NCBI GenBank assembly: GCA_963837955.1
Contig: CAWIPH010000001.1
Location: forward strand, 384,001-448,000
Direction of reading: 5' to 3'
Length of the DNA: 64,000 nt
Origin: an uncultured Verrucomicrobiae bacterium
GTDB lineage: Bacteria > Verrucomicrobiota > Verrucomicrobiia > Chthoniobacterales > JAFAMB01
The position numbers and the translations under genes are program-made. Below, one piece after another: positions 9,765-19,717 of this stretch. Within the stretch, counting starts at the first letter, position 1. Each line of letters starts with the position of its first letter. Below the pieces are notes generated by a model. The model was not told the DNA's origin. It saw only the letters and a list, made by a program, of their open reading frames with translations, and made no database searches.

Positions 9765-10258
9765 GCGGATGCTCCAGCCTCCGCGACCCATGGCGATGCG
9801 GTCCTCGCTGGTGACCCCAATTATCTCAGGCACGCCGTAAGAAATCGCTCACGCTGGGTCCTGAGCGTGGACGATCAGGCTACACTGTAGGCGGATGCTC
9901 CAGCCTCCGCGACCCATGGCGATGCGATCTCGCTGGTGATCCCGATATCTAAGGCACGCGATAAAAAATCGCTCACGGTGGGTCCTGAGCGTGGACGATC
10001 AGGCTACGTTGTAGGCGGATGCTCCAGCCTCCGCGACCCGTGGCGATGCGGTCCTGCTCTTGACGCCAATTATCTCAGGTGCGCCGTAAGAAATCGCTCG
10101 CGCTGGGTCCTGAGCGCGGACGATCAGGCTACACTGTAGGCGGATGCTCCTGCCTCCGCGACCCATGGCGATGCGGTCCTCGCTGGTGACCCCAATTGTC
10201 TCAGGCACGCCGTAAGAAATCGCTCACGCTGGGTCCTGAGCGTGGACGATCAGGCTAC
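9761..10258. repeat. Four tandem ~125-bp units, each an inverted pair of GTAG-footed hairpins (BIME-like)
   Basis: Units start at 9761, 9887, 10011 and 10136 with GTAGGCGGATGCTCC and end with GACGATCAGGCTAC. Confidence 0.95.
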
Positions 10259-11254
10259 TTGTACCTGCAGCAGGATCTTCCCGATATGTTGGCCTTCCTC
10301 CATGACGCGATGCGCTTCCGGGGCTTTCTCCAAAGGATAGATCCGGTCTATGACCACTTTGATTTTGCCAGATTCGAGCAGGGGCCAGACGTGCTGAAGA
10401 AGACATTGAGCGATGGCAGCCTTTTCTTGGATCGAGCGCGGACGCATGGTTGAGCCGGTGATCGTTAGCCGGCGCGTCATTACTGGCATAAAATCGAATT
10501 GGTGGACCGTGCTACCGTGAAGGAAGGCGATTTGGACCAGACGACCTTCGATGGCGAGCAAGCGAATATTCTTCGCAAGGTAGTCTCCACCTACCATGTC
10601 CAGAATAACATCGACACCGCGGCCATTAGTGGCTTTTTCGACCGCTTCAACGAAATCCTGCGTTCGATAATTAATCGGTAATGCCGCGCCGAGGGAACGG
10701 CAGAATTCCATTTTGACCTCGCTGCCTACGGTCGTGAAAACGGTCGCACCGCGTTCCTTGGCGAGCTGGATTGCCATATAGCCGATCCCACTCGAACCGC
10801 CATGAATCAATACGTGCTCTCCGGGTTTGAGTCGGGCCCGTTCGATCAGATTCGCCCAGACTGTAAATAGATTTTCGGGAAGTGCAGCCGCCTGAGCAAG
10901 GTCGAACCCGCGCGGAATGGGCAGACAGTGGCTGGCATCCGTTCGGCAATACTCCGAGTAGCCTCCACCAGGCGTGAGGGCGCAGACCGCATCGCCGATG
11001 TTCCATTCTGTTACCTCTGCGCCGCAAGCTACAATCTTCCCACTCACCTCCAGCCCAAGAATCGGTGAAGCTCCCCGCGGCGGTGGGTATTTCCCGCAAC
11101 GCTGCAGCAAGTCCGGCCGGTTAACTCCAGCGTACTTCACCTCGATCAATACATCGTGCGGACCGAGCTCTGGCACTTCCCTCTGCCCGATTCGCATCAC
11201 GTCCGGTCCTCCGCCGGGCTCGTGGGCGATGTAGCGCATAGTGGGTGATTTCAT
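10250..11254 (-). CDS. NAD(P)H-quinone oxidoreductase, PIG3 family
   Basis: AGVNRPDLLQR, YPPPRGASPILGLEVSG, HGGSSGIG, TGSTMRPRS, HIGKILL. Confidence 0.94.
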   Translation of the reverse strand: MKSPTMRYIAHEPGGGPDVMRIGQREVPELGPHDVLIEVKYAGVNRPDLLQRCGKYPPPRGASPILGLEVSGKIVACGAEVTEWNIGDAVCALTPGGGYSEYCRTDASHCLPIPRGFDLAQAAALPENLFTVWANLIERARLKPGEHVLIHGGSSGIGYMAIQLAKERGATVFTTVGSEVKMEFCRSLGAALPINYRTQDFVEAVEKATNGRGVDVILDMVGGDYLAKNIRLLAIEGRLVQIAFLHGSTVHQFDFMPVMTRRLTITGSTMRPRSIQEKAAIAQCLLQHVWPLLESGKIKVVIDRIYPLEKAPEAHRVMEEGQHIGKILLQVQVA

Positions 11255-11282
11255 AGATACATCCCGAAAGAATCAGTCGAAA

Positions 11283-11552
11283 TTAAGGCGCTGGCTCTAC
11301 CGGTGCAGGATGGCTTCCTAGTTCACTCACCGCACTACCCTGCCGAAACTGCTCGCGCAATCGCCGGAAACGCCTCTCATAAATCAGGTCATAAAGCGGT
11401 ATCTTGTTCGGGAACAAATTCATTGCCTGGACTCGGAGGTGGAGCCTCTCGATTTCGATCTCGCGCTCCGAGCAATCGGTAGCGACGATTAGAAAACAGA
11501 GCCGATCGACGTGGCGCTGGAAATTCTGATAAGCTTCCTCATTGATTTCCAT
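11283..11552 (-). CDS. Small hypothetical protein
   Basis: 89-aa ORF co-oriented with the downstream gene; LFPNKIPLYDLIYERRFRRLREQF reads like a real helical protein. Confidence 0.7.
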   Translation of the reverse strand: MEINEEAYQNFQRHVDRLCFLIVATDCSEREIEIERLHLRVQAMNLFPNKIPLYDLIYERRFRRLREQFRQGSAVSELGSHPAPVEPAP

Positions 11553-11691
11553 GATTCAATTTAACACAGGATCCAACCGAGTCGGTTTCAACCGACCTCG
11601 CGCGGCCGCCGAAAAAGAGTTCGCTGCGCGAAGATAATTGTGTGTCCGAAAACGGCCAGACGTTCCTTCCCCGAGAGCCTATTAAGAGTGA

Positions 11692-12177
11692 ATGAACACT
11701 AGTTTTACTTACCCATTTCGCGTCTCGGGGATTCCAGCTAACGCCGCAGACGAATTTCGCCATCTTTCGGACGATGAGTTGAAGAACCGCCGAGTGGTTC
11801 GGTCCATCGCAGACAAAAAGCCCGGATTCCCGTGTCGTATCAGTCTGCAGGACGCCGAAATTGGTGAATCTGTGTTACTGCTCAACTTCGAACATCTACC
11901 GGTTTCGTCCCCATACCGGAGTATCGGGCCGGTATTTGTCCGGGAGTCGGCCATCGAAACCTACTCGAGCACCAATGAAATCCCGGAACCGTTTCGGGGG
12001 CGATTACTATCGGTGCGTGCCTATGATGACAAAGATATGATGGCCCTAGCGGAAGTGGTCGAAGGTGCGGAGATCGATCAATTGATCCAACAGTTTTTCG
12101 CGGACAGTCGCGTGGCATATCTTCACGTGCACTACGCCCGTCCGGGTTGTTTCGCTTGCCGCATCGATCGCGCATGA
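11692..12177 (+). CDS. DUF1203 domain protein
   Basis: PGFPCRISLQDAEIGE, SPYRSIGPVFV, LLSVRAYD, YLHVHYARPGCFACRIDR. Confidence 0.92.
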   Translation: MNTSFTYPFRVSGIPANAADEFRHLSDDELKNRRVVRSIADKKPGFPCRISLQDAEIGESVLLLNFEHLPVSSPYRSIGPVFVRESAIETYSSTNEIPEPFRGRLLSVRAYDDKDMMALAEVVEGAEIDQLIQQFFADSRVAYLHVHYARPGCFACRIDRA

Positions 12178-12178
12178 G

Positions 12179-12203
12179 GTAGGGACACGCTCCCGCGTGT
12201 CCG
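12179..12203 (+). repeat. GTAG-footed REP hairpin
   Basis: GTAG GGACACGC TCCC GCGTGTCC G; a covarying copy lies at 33529. Confidence 0.7.
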
Positions 12204-12447
12204 TTGCCGTCCAATTGATCTGTGGTGATCGAATAATGCGCGACGCTTCCAGGTAGGGAGGGCGCGCGTCCTCGCGCGCCGCAAATCTCCTGGTTCGGAA
12301 AAAACGCTTACCTCAGCGCGGATCGCGGGGATCCGACGTCGCAAAATGCCATGGATGTTGAGCATGGCTTGTGGAAGGCTATGTCGGACAAGCTGCGATC
12401 CCTCCCCGCGAACGGTCAACCTGCTACGGCTCAATATGCCCTACCAT

Positions 12448-13590
12448 CTATGGCTCTAGTGTTACCTTCACAGACGTCAGACCGGAAATGACCAGGTCGA
12501 TCCCTTTCTGGTAGTCGCTCAACGGCAAACGATGCGTGACGATTTCATCCATCGGCAGGCGCCCTTGCTCGATCATTCGAATCGCAACCGGATAACAGCG
12601 TGGACCAAGGTGCGAACCGTGAACGTTTAGCTCTTTTGAATCGCCGATGATCGTCCAGTCGACGGTCACTTTCTCGCGCATCACACTGAATTCCACGAAA
12701 GTGCCAAGTTTGCGGATCATGAGCAGCCCTTGTTCCACGGCGCTCGGATGACCTGTCGCTTCGATGTAAACATCGCAGCCGTAGCCATCAGTGAGATCGC
12801 GTACAGTTTGGACTGCATCCTGTTGTTTCGGATTAATTCCAATGTCAGCGCCGCATCGCTTAGCGACTTCTAGTCGCTCGTCGCTGAGGTCGAGCGCTAT
12901 CAATCGCGCCGGGCCCTTCATCTTGGCGGCAGCCACCATGCCCAGTCCGAGCGGTCCGCACCCTGCAATCACGACCGTATCCTGATATTGGATGTCGCCC
13001 CGTTCTACCGCGTGGATGGAGCAAGCAAGAGGTTCAATAAAGACTGCGTGGTGCAACGGGATATTCTTGGGTACCTTATAGTTCAGGGCGCCGGCTGGAA
13101 ATAGCATGTACTCGGCCCAGGATCCGAAAGTGCGCTTTCTGAAGCCATAGATGTCATGGATATTACACATCCAGTAAGCTCCCATCTTACAGTAGCGACA
13201 GTTCCAACACGGCACGATCTGCTCGCTGATCGCGTGATCCCCGATCTCTAGGCCGTAAAGCTCCCCCGCTCCATCGCCCAGGCCAACGACTTCGCCCACG
13301 AACTCGTGACCAGGAGTCACGGGTGCCTGGCAATAGCCGACCCGATGTTCATCACCCCAGAAAAGTGCGGCGCCGGTGTAGCATTTGATGTCACTGGCGC
13401 ATACGCCGGTACTTTTGACTTTGAGGAGCACCTCCCCAGGTCCTGGTTTCGGAACGGGACGTTCTTCCATGCGGTAATCGTGCGGGCCGTGCGCCATCAC
13501 GGCTGGCATCGATTTCGGTAGCTTGTCTACCACACTGCTCGTGGATTTAGCCGGTACCGACTTTGGTAATTTATCAACGACACTGCTCAC
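12448..13590 (-). CDS. Zn-dependent polyol dehydrogenase, erythritol/L-threitol dehydrogenase (EltD)-like
   Basis: GVCASDIKC, GHEFVGEV, CWNCRYC structural Zn site, GCGPLGLG, VTVDWTIIGDSKEL; SD AGAAGGAG upstream of the GTG. Confidence 0.88.
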   Translation of the reverse strand: MSSVVDKLPKSVPAKSTSSVVDKLPKSMPAVMAHGPHDYRMEERPVPKPGPGEVLLKVKSTGVCASDIKCYTGAALFWGDEHRVGYCQAPVTPGHEFVGEVVGLGDGAGELYGLEIGDHAISEQIVPCWNCRYCKMGAYWMCNIHDIYGFRKRTFGSWAEYMLFPAGALNYKVPKNIPLHHAVFIEPLACSIHAVERGDIQYQDTVVIAGCGPLGLGMVAAAKMKGPARLIALDLSDERLEVAKRCGADIGINPKQQDAVQTVRDLTDGYGCDVYIEATGHPSAVEQGLLMIRKLGTFVEFSVMREKVTVDWTIIGDSKELNVHGSHLGPRCYPVAIRMIEQGRLPMDEIVTHRLPLSDYQKGIDLVISGLTSVKVTLEP

Positions 13591-13696
13591 GGATCGATTC
13601 TCCTTCTGGTTCGGGGGTTAATTTTCTTAGATACATTTAGTCAGACACATTTGGTTACAAATACAACTTCCACCATCTGGAACGACGTCGTTTGAG

Positions 13697-14527
13697 TTAC
13701 TTGATAGCTCCCATGGTTAAGCCCCGCACCATCTGCCGGGAAACAATCAGGCTAAAAATAATTACCGGAAGGGCAACTAGAGTCCCCGTGGCCATGATTT
13801 GACCCCATGGGACCTGGTAGCCACTCATGAAGCTGGTTGCCACTACCGGAGCGGTCTGCGTCTCCCTCCGCATCAAAATGAGCGCGTAAAGCAATTCGTT
13901 CCAGGAGAAGATAAAACAGAAAATGGCGGAAACAGCGATGCCTGGCGCGGCGAGGGGAAGAGCAACTCGCCAGAAGATGCTGAACGAATTGTAGCCTTCC
14001 AAAGTGGCAGCCTCGTCCAGCTCCTTCGGAATTCCACGAAATTGGTCGGAACAGATCCAGACGACGATTGGCACATTGAACGTCAGGTAGATAAAAACCA
14101 ATACAATCGGATTGCCGATCAGATGGAAGTTGCTCGCCAAAAGGAAAAAGGGAAGCGCCAATACGATCGGGCTCACCATCCGGTTCGTGATGAACCAGAA
14201 CCAAATATCCTTCTTCCCTCTGAAATCGAAGCGAGCCAAGGCGTAAGCGGCCGGCGTGCCCAAGAGCAACGCGAGCGCAGTAGTCGTCAACGCTACAAAC
14301 AAAGAGATTCCGAGGCTGCCGCCGACATTCCGCTGGAAGGCGTCTTGGTAGTTTTCGAGTGTCGGTTGAAAAGTCAGCGTCGGCTTCTGGGAGAGAATGA
14401 GCTGCGGATCCTTCAGTGAAGAAGAAACCATCCAATAAAACGGAAAGATGCAAAAAAATAGGATGAGCAACAGTCCGACGAAATGGGCAATACCGAACCT
14501 TTTCTTGCTAATGCGAATGGCAGCCAT
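13697..14527 (-). CDS. Carbohydrate ABC transporter permease (MalG-like)
   Basis: IPKELDEAATLEG EAA loop, FIFSWNELLYA, six TM segments. Confidence 0.95.
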   Translation of the reverse strand: MAAIRISKKRFGIAHFVGLLLILFFCIFPFYWMVSSSLKDPQLILSQKPTLTFQPTLENYQDAFQRNVGGSLGISLFVALTTTALALLLGTPAAYALARFDFRGKKDIWFWFITNRMVSPIVLALPFFLLASNFHLIGNPIVLVFIYLTFNVPIVVWICSDQFRGIPKELDEAATLEGYNSFSIFWRVALPLAAPGIAVSAIFCFIFSWNELLYALILMRRETQTAPVVATSFMSGYQVPWGQIMATGTLVALPVIIFSLIVSRQMVRGLTMGAIK

Positions 14528-14528
14528 T

Positions 14529-15512
14529 TCAAATCTCCCGATAGAAGTAGCGAATGTAAATGCGCGAAAGAATGATCGTGATGATCAGAAGCACGATCGC
14601 TTGGGCCGAGGCTACGCCCTGGTCGACTTGTCGAAAGCCAACCCGTTGAACGTAGACACTGATTAAGTCGGTCGCATTGCCTGGACCGCCCTGGGTCATC
14701 GTGTAGACCACGTCGAACATTTTCAAAATGTCCGCGGTTCTCAGAATCAAAATCGCGGTGATTCCTGGCAACATAAATGGAAGCTGCACTCGCCAGAGGA
14801 CTTGCCACCAGCGATCCGTCTCGAGCTTGGCCGCTTCTTCAATTTCTGGTGGTACGAGAGTAAGACTGGAGAGTAAAACCAGCGCACAAAACGGCGTCCA
14901 CTGCCAGCAATCCATAATCGACACGGTGGCAAAGGCCAGGTTTGGATTCCCCAGCCAGTCGATCATGTTCGAGGGAACCACGTGCCGCCAGAATCCATGT
15001 AATACTTCAAAGTGCCCCTGGAGCAATGGTCCAATCGAACGAAAAAGCGATATAACCGTAGCTACGGCATAGTTCACCACACCGAAGCTGCTGTTGAACA
15101 TTAGGCGCCCCATTAGACCGACGACAGCAAGGGTTGTAGCTAGAGGGATCACGAGCGACACGCGACAAATGTTTTTGAGCCACTCGTGGCCAACCTTGTG
15201 CAGCACTAGCGCGATAAGCAGTCCGAGGACGAGTTGGATCGGAAGATTAATAAGAAGAAAGACAAATGTGCGAAAGAGCGATTCCCTGAATCCGGCATCA
15301 TTCACCAGACCCAGATAATTTTGAAACCAGAGGAACGGCTGGCCGTGTAAGGCGTAGATGCGGGCTCGGCTCAGAATAAACTCGTGCAACGAGTTCCAAA
15401 CCGCGAAAAGCAGAGGAAATATCCCGACCGCCAAAAGCACGATGACTGCGGGAGCAAGAAAGAAGATGACTCCGCTGGAATAGGTCTTCTTGGGTTTGGC
15501 CCGAGTCGTCAT
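14529..15512 (-). CDS. Carbohydrate ABC transporter permease (MalF-like)
   Basis: DCWQWTPF, PPEIEEAAKLE, FDVVYTMTQGGPGNAT. Confidence 0.95.
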   Translation of the reverse strand: MTTRAKPKKTYSSGVIFFLAPAVIVLLAVGIFPLLFAVWNSLHEFILSRARIYALHGQPFLWFQNYLGLVNDAGFRESLFRTFVFLLINLPIQLVLGLLIALVLHKVGHEWLKNICRVSLVIPLATTLAVVGLMGRLMFNSSFGVVNYAVATVISLFRSIGPLLQGHFEVLHGFWRHVVPSNMIDWLGNPNLAFATVSIMDCWQWTPFCALVLLSSLTLVPPEIEEAAKLETDRWWQVLWRVQLPFMLPGITAILILRTADILKMFDVVYTMTQGGPGNATDLISVYVQRVGFRQVDQGVASAQAIVLLIITIILSRIYIRYFYREI

Positions 15513-15743
15513 GATTTTAGCTTGAGGCTCGGCTTTACCGGATCAGTGGAAGTATTGATGCGATGTTGCTGCTCTATCATGGGCTGTTCTCGGGAGTCGC
15601 ACCTGTCCGACGAAGCCTTGGCGAGTCGCTGGCCGCACGATGCCATCCAAATTGGCGAAGTCGGAAGCGGCTCCCCTCCGTCGTCAGGGGTCGCTCGGAA
15701 GCGCGCGCCTGGGACCATGTCCTAAGCGCGCGTCCACCTCTTG

Positions 15744-17081
15744 TCATTGCGCTAGCGGTTTCTTGCCATCGTAATAACCCGCATCTTTCAGTACGGCCTC
15801 GGTTCGAGTGCCGATCTCATCGGAACCCTGTTTCACCGATACCTGATTCAACATCATCTTCGTACCCCATTCAGCAATGATGTCTGTCAATTTGGACCAT
15901 TCGGAGAATCGCGGCCGATACTCTGGTACGCCCTGCTGCCACGAGTCGAGCATCGGTTTAATGAACGGATATTTCGCCAACAAAGCGGGATCTTTATAGG
16001 TCGATTGCCGGCCACTGATACCGCCGGCTTCGACATATTGCTTTCCGATCTCTTTGCCTGTGGCCCATTGGATAAACAACCAAGCCGCCGCCTTTTGTTT
16101 GTCGTTGGCCTGACTGGCTACTGCGAGCGAGAAGCCGCCGAGCGCCGGCTTTCGGCCGTCTGGTCCTTTCGGTTCTGGCGCGACGCCAAGCTTGTCGACG
16201 ATTTTGGAGCTCTTCGGATCAACTAGAGTGGAATAAAACGCCGACCATTCCGTGATCATGGCGACGTTTCCCTGGGCCAAAGCGTTCACTGCATCGCTGT
16301 GGTCGTAGTCCACGATTCCCTGCGGCATATACTTTTCTAAGGACTGCCGGAAGTTCAGACCTTCCTGGCTCTTGGGGCTGCCCAAATTCGAGTGGAATTT
16401 GGCATCCAAAAGGGATCCACCCCATGGCCAAAGGAAGCGCATAAAGCTATCACACGATTGCGTTTCTCCTCGTCTGGATTGAAGGGCGAAAGCATACTTG
16501 CCCTCCTTGGTCAGCTTCGGCGCATAGGTGTTGATCAGCTCGTCCCAGGTTTCAGGCGGCTTGTCGAAACCGGCGGCCTTGAGCATGTCCTTGTTGTAGT
16601 AAAGGAGCCCTGAGTAGTTGTCGAAAGGGGGACCGTAGACTTTGCCTTGCCAGGTCCCGAAAGCGTTTAGGATCAGCGGGATAAAGTCGTTAATGTCAAA
16701 ATTCGGATCGATGATATCGGGATACTTCTTCTTGATCTCTTCGAACGGTACAATCCAGCCGGCCTCAGCAAATTCACCAATCCAAACGAGGTCAACTAAG
16801 GCAACAGTTAACTCACCGTTCGAACTGAAATCGAGTTCCTCTTTCTCGCGCGTGTTTTCGTAGGGAACAGTCTGGTACTTGATTTTGATCCCGGTCCTCT
16901 TTTCGAAGTCCGGAAGCAACTTGATGATTGCGTTGTATCCGGGTCGATCGAGGAAAATCACGGAAACTTCCGTGCCGCTGTAGGGTTTAGCCGCTTCTTC
17001 GAGCGACCAGGCGCCAGCAACGTTGGCGCTGGCGGATAGCAAGGTAACTCCGCAAAGGAAGTTACAGAAAATTTTTCTCAT
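15744..17081 (-). CDS. Sugar/polyol ABC transporter substrate-binding protein
   Basis: Signal peptide from ATG 17081 (MRKIFCNFLCGVTLLSASANVAGA), LLYYNKDML, PPETWDEL, GNVAMITEW. Confidence 0.93.
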   Translation of the reverse strand: MRKIFCNFLCGVTLLSASANVAGAWSLEEAAKPYSGTEVSVIFLDRPGYNAIIKLLPDFEKRTGIKIKYQTVPYENTREKEELDFSSNGELTVALVDLVWIGEFAEAGWIVPFEEIKKKYPDIIDPNFDINDFIPLILNAFGTWQGKVYGPPFDNYSGLLYYNKDMLKAAGFDKPPETWDELINTYAPKLTKEGKYAFALQSRRGETQSCDSFMRFLWPWGGSLLDAKFHSNLGSPKSQEGLNFRQSLEKYMPQGIVDYDHSDAVNALAQGNVAMITEWSAFYSTLVDPKSSKIVDKLGVAPEPKGPDGRKPALGGFSLAVASQANDKQKAAAWLFIQWATGKEIGKQYVEAGGISGRQSTYKDPALLAKYPFIKPMLDSWQQGVPEYRPRFSEWSKLTDIIAEWGTKMMLNQVSVKQGSDEIGTRTEAVLKDAGYYDGKKPLAQ

Positions 17082-17648
17082 GGATAAATGGGGGAAATTA
17101 GGATTTGCAGCGGTCGGCTGCTTCTCTTGCACATTCACTTGTGCCAGTTGGCAATCCAAAGCAGGGGAGGCTTCATTTTGGAGCTCCCGTCTCGGATCGA
17201 TAGCAATAGCGGTTACAGAGAACCGATTTCGGGTTTAAATGGATCTCGATGCGCGACTTGGATGGTCGGTTTACCTCCTTTCCGGCGGGTGAGGGGTGAT
17301 TCCGCATGAACGTTCATTCTATGGTGCCAAAACATTCGGTTTCAGAGAAACTAGATCGTTGCAGTATGCATAGTTTCGGAAAACGTGAAAATGCTTTATG
17401 CAAATTTCTGAAACGCTTTTATCGGGCCGCAGAAACAAGCGTCTCGAAGTAAAAAAGAGCCGTACGCCGTTATCGATCACGAGATCGGATCGGCAGTAAT
17501 CTCAAGATGAGTTTATGGAAGATTTGGGTCCCGTGCGGACTGAGCGAAAGTAGCCCTGCAATTCAGTCGAAAATAGGCCAATTTGAACCTTCTATTAAGC
17601 CAGCGCCGGTCGCATCGAAGCCAATAAAGAAACGTCTGCTCTTCCCAC

Positions 17649-19583
17649 GTGAGTCTCATGCATAGTTCCGTCACTGAAGCCGAACAGTTTGAAAAGATTC
17701 GTACCAAAGTCTTCGCAGGTTCAGAGCCTGCAGTCAGCGAATTGGCATCCATTATCTCGGATTTAGTCCGGCAACGCCAAACCGAGAATCGTCGAGCGGT
17801 TCTCGGGTTGGCCACGGGCTCGACACCCGTGAAGCTATACCAGGAGCTGATTCGGTTGCATCGAGAGGATGGGCTTTCGTTCCAAAACGTCGTGACCTTC
17901 AACCTCGATGAATATTACGGCCTCCCTCCCGAGCATCCGGAGAGCTACCGGCATTTCATGGAAGTCCAACTTTTCCGCCATGTCGACCTGTCGGCCAGCC
18001 AGGTCCATGTGCCCGACGGCTTGGTGGAGCGGGACAAGGTGTTCGAATATTGTGCTGATTATGAGGCCCAGATCGAGGAAGCCGGCGGGATAGACATCCA
18101 GATCGTTGGGATCGGTCGAACCGGCCACATCGGGTTTAATGAACCAGGGTCAGGACCTGACTCTCTCACGCGAATGGTGGCCCTCGATCGCTTGACCCGG
18201 CGTGATGCCGCCCGGGATTTTCGCGGCGAAGCCAACGTCCCGGCGTACGCGATTACGATGGGAATCGGTACGATACTCCAGGCCCGTCAGATCCTACTGC
18301 TTGCTTGGGGCGAATCTAAGGCGCCCATTCTTCGCGCCGCAATTGAAGGGCCTGAGACCGATGCTGTGCCGGCCAGCTTCCTGCAACGCCATCCCGATTG
18401 CGGTTGCTATATTGATCAAGCTGCGGCTAACGAATTAACGCGCTTCCGAACTCCTTGGAAAGTCGGTCCGGTTAAGTGGGATCGAAACCTCACTCGAAAA
18501 GCCGTAGCCTGGCTCGCCGGTGAGCGCAAGAAACCCGTCCTCAGGCTGGGGGACGGAGATTACACCGAGAACGCTCTCGCTCCGCTCTTGGTCGAGACGG
18601 GCTCTGCTTACGGCCTCAACATCAGGATTTTTAACGAGCTCCAGCACACCATCACCGGTTGGCCGGGAGGTAAGCCGAAGGCCGATGATACAAATCGTCC
18701 TGTCCCAGCTGAGCCGCCCCTGAAACGAGTGCTGGTGCTGAGCCCGGAGCCGTTGGACGCAGAAATCGGGATGGCTGGCACTCTTCATCGGCTTGTCAGC
18801 CAAGGACATGACGTTACCCTAGCTTATCTCACTTCGGGTAATCTCAGCGTGCCGGATGCGGAGGCTCGAATGGCGTTCAGTCTTTTGCACGAGCTCGGAG
18901 TATCTCAGCCAGGTTCTCTCGTATCGCTCGATGCATTGGCCGAGGAGACGGAGAAGAAAGCCCCCTTTGATGAGGACAGCCGGGAGCTGCGCCGGTTCAA
19001 AGGCTTGATCCGAAGGGCAGAGGCGCGCGCGTCTTGCCAAATACTTTCCCTGGATCTGGAACGAGTTCGTTTCCTTGACCTCCCCTTTTATGAGCAGGGA
19101 CGGTATCGGCAGTTCCGGTGGAGTTCTGATGATGTTGAGTCGATCGTAAGCCTGGTCCGCTTTGTTCAACCCGATCAGATCTACCTGACGGGTGCTGGTG
19201 CAGATCCCAGTAGTGTTTCCGGCATAGCCTTCCAACTTGGCTCCGTAGCGTTACGGGCTTGCTCCAATGAGCCTTGGTTTTCCCGTTGCCAGGTTTGGCT
19301 CTACGCGTCGAACGAGCGGCCATGGCCTCCGCACGAAATCGATATGGCCGTACCATTGAGCCCTGCCGAACTCGCCATCAAACTAGATTGTCTCTATCAC
19401 CATCGCTCCCAGCGGAGCCAGACTCCATTTACTGAGACCCAGGCGGGCGAGGGCTGGCAGCAGGCCGAGCAGATAAACCGGGCGACAGCGCAAGAATACG
19501 ATCGGCTCGGATTGGCCGAATACGAGGCGATTGAGTCCTTTCGCGCGCAAAAAGAAAGCGCGGTACACACTCGGCTGCGATAG
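17649..19583 (+). CDS. nagB: Glucosamine-6-phosphate deaminase fused to a PIG-L/LmbE-like domain
   Basis: LGLATGSTP, TFNLDEYY, GIGRTGHIGFNEPGS, ITMGIGTI; the C-terminal half has the long NagB-PIG-L layout. Confidence 0.93.
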   Translation: MSLMHSSVTEAEQFEKIRTKVFAGSEPAVSELASIISDLVRQRQTENRRAVLGLATGSTPVKLYQELIRLHREDGLSFQNVVTFNLDEYYGLPPEHPESYRHFMEVQLFRHVDLSASQVHVPDGLVERDKVFEYCADYEAQIEEAGGIDIQIVGIGRTGHIGFNEPGSGPDSLTRMVALDRLTRRDAARDFRGEANVPAYAITMGIGTILQARQILLLAWGESKAPILRAAIEGPETDAVPASFLQRHPDCGCYIDQAAANELTRFRTPWKVGPVKWDRNLTRKAVAWLAGERKKPVLRLGDGDYTENALAPLLVETGSAYGLNIRIFNELQHTITGWPGGKPKADDTNRPVPAEPPLKRVLVLSPEPLDAEIGMAGTLHRLVSQGHDVTLAYLTSGNLSVPDAEARMAFSLLHELGVSQPGSLVSLDALAEETEKKAPFDEDSRELRRFKGLIRRAEARASCQILSLDLERVRFLDLPFYEQGRYRQFRWSSDDVESIVSLVRFVQPDQIYLTGAGADPSSVSGIAFQLGSVALRACSNEPWFSRCQVWLYASNERPWPPHEIDMAVPLSPAELAIKLDCLYHHRSQRSQTPFTETQAGEGWQQAEQINRATAQEYDRLGLAEYEAIESFRAQKESAVHTRLR

Positions 19584-19717
19584 TGCGCACGTTCGTTAAG
19601 GACACGGCGCAAGCCAACGGTCGAAAACAGCTGCCTTCCGTCGCCAGCGGTCGCCATCTTCGAGAGGCCTCTGGATAGGCTTGCCGCCTCTGGCGGTTCT
19701 CGGTATGTCGATCGCGT

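Noticed and set aside
9761..10258. CRISPR array
   Set aside because: The whole 125-bp units are homologous, with no unique spacers, and there are no cas genes in the window.
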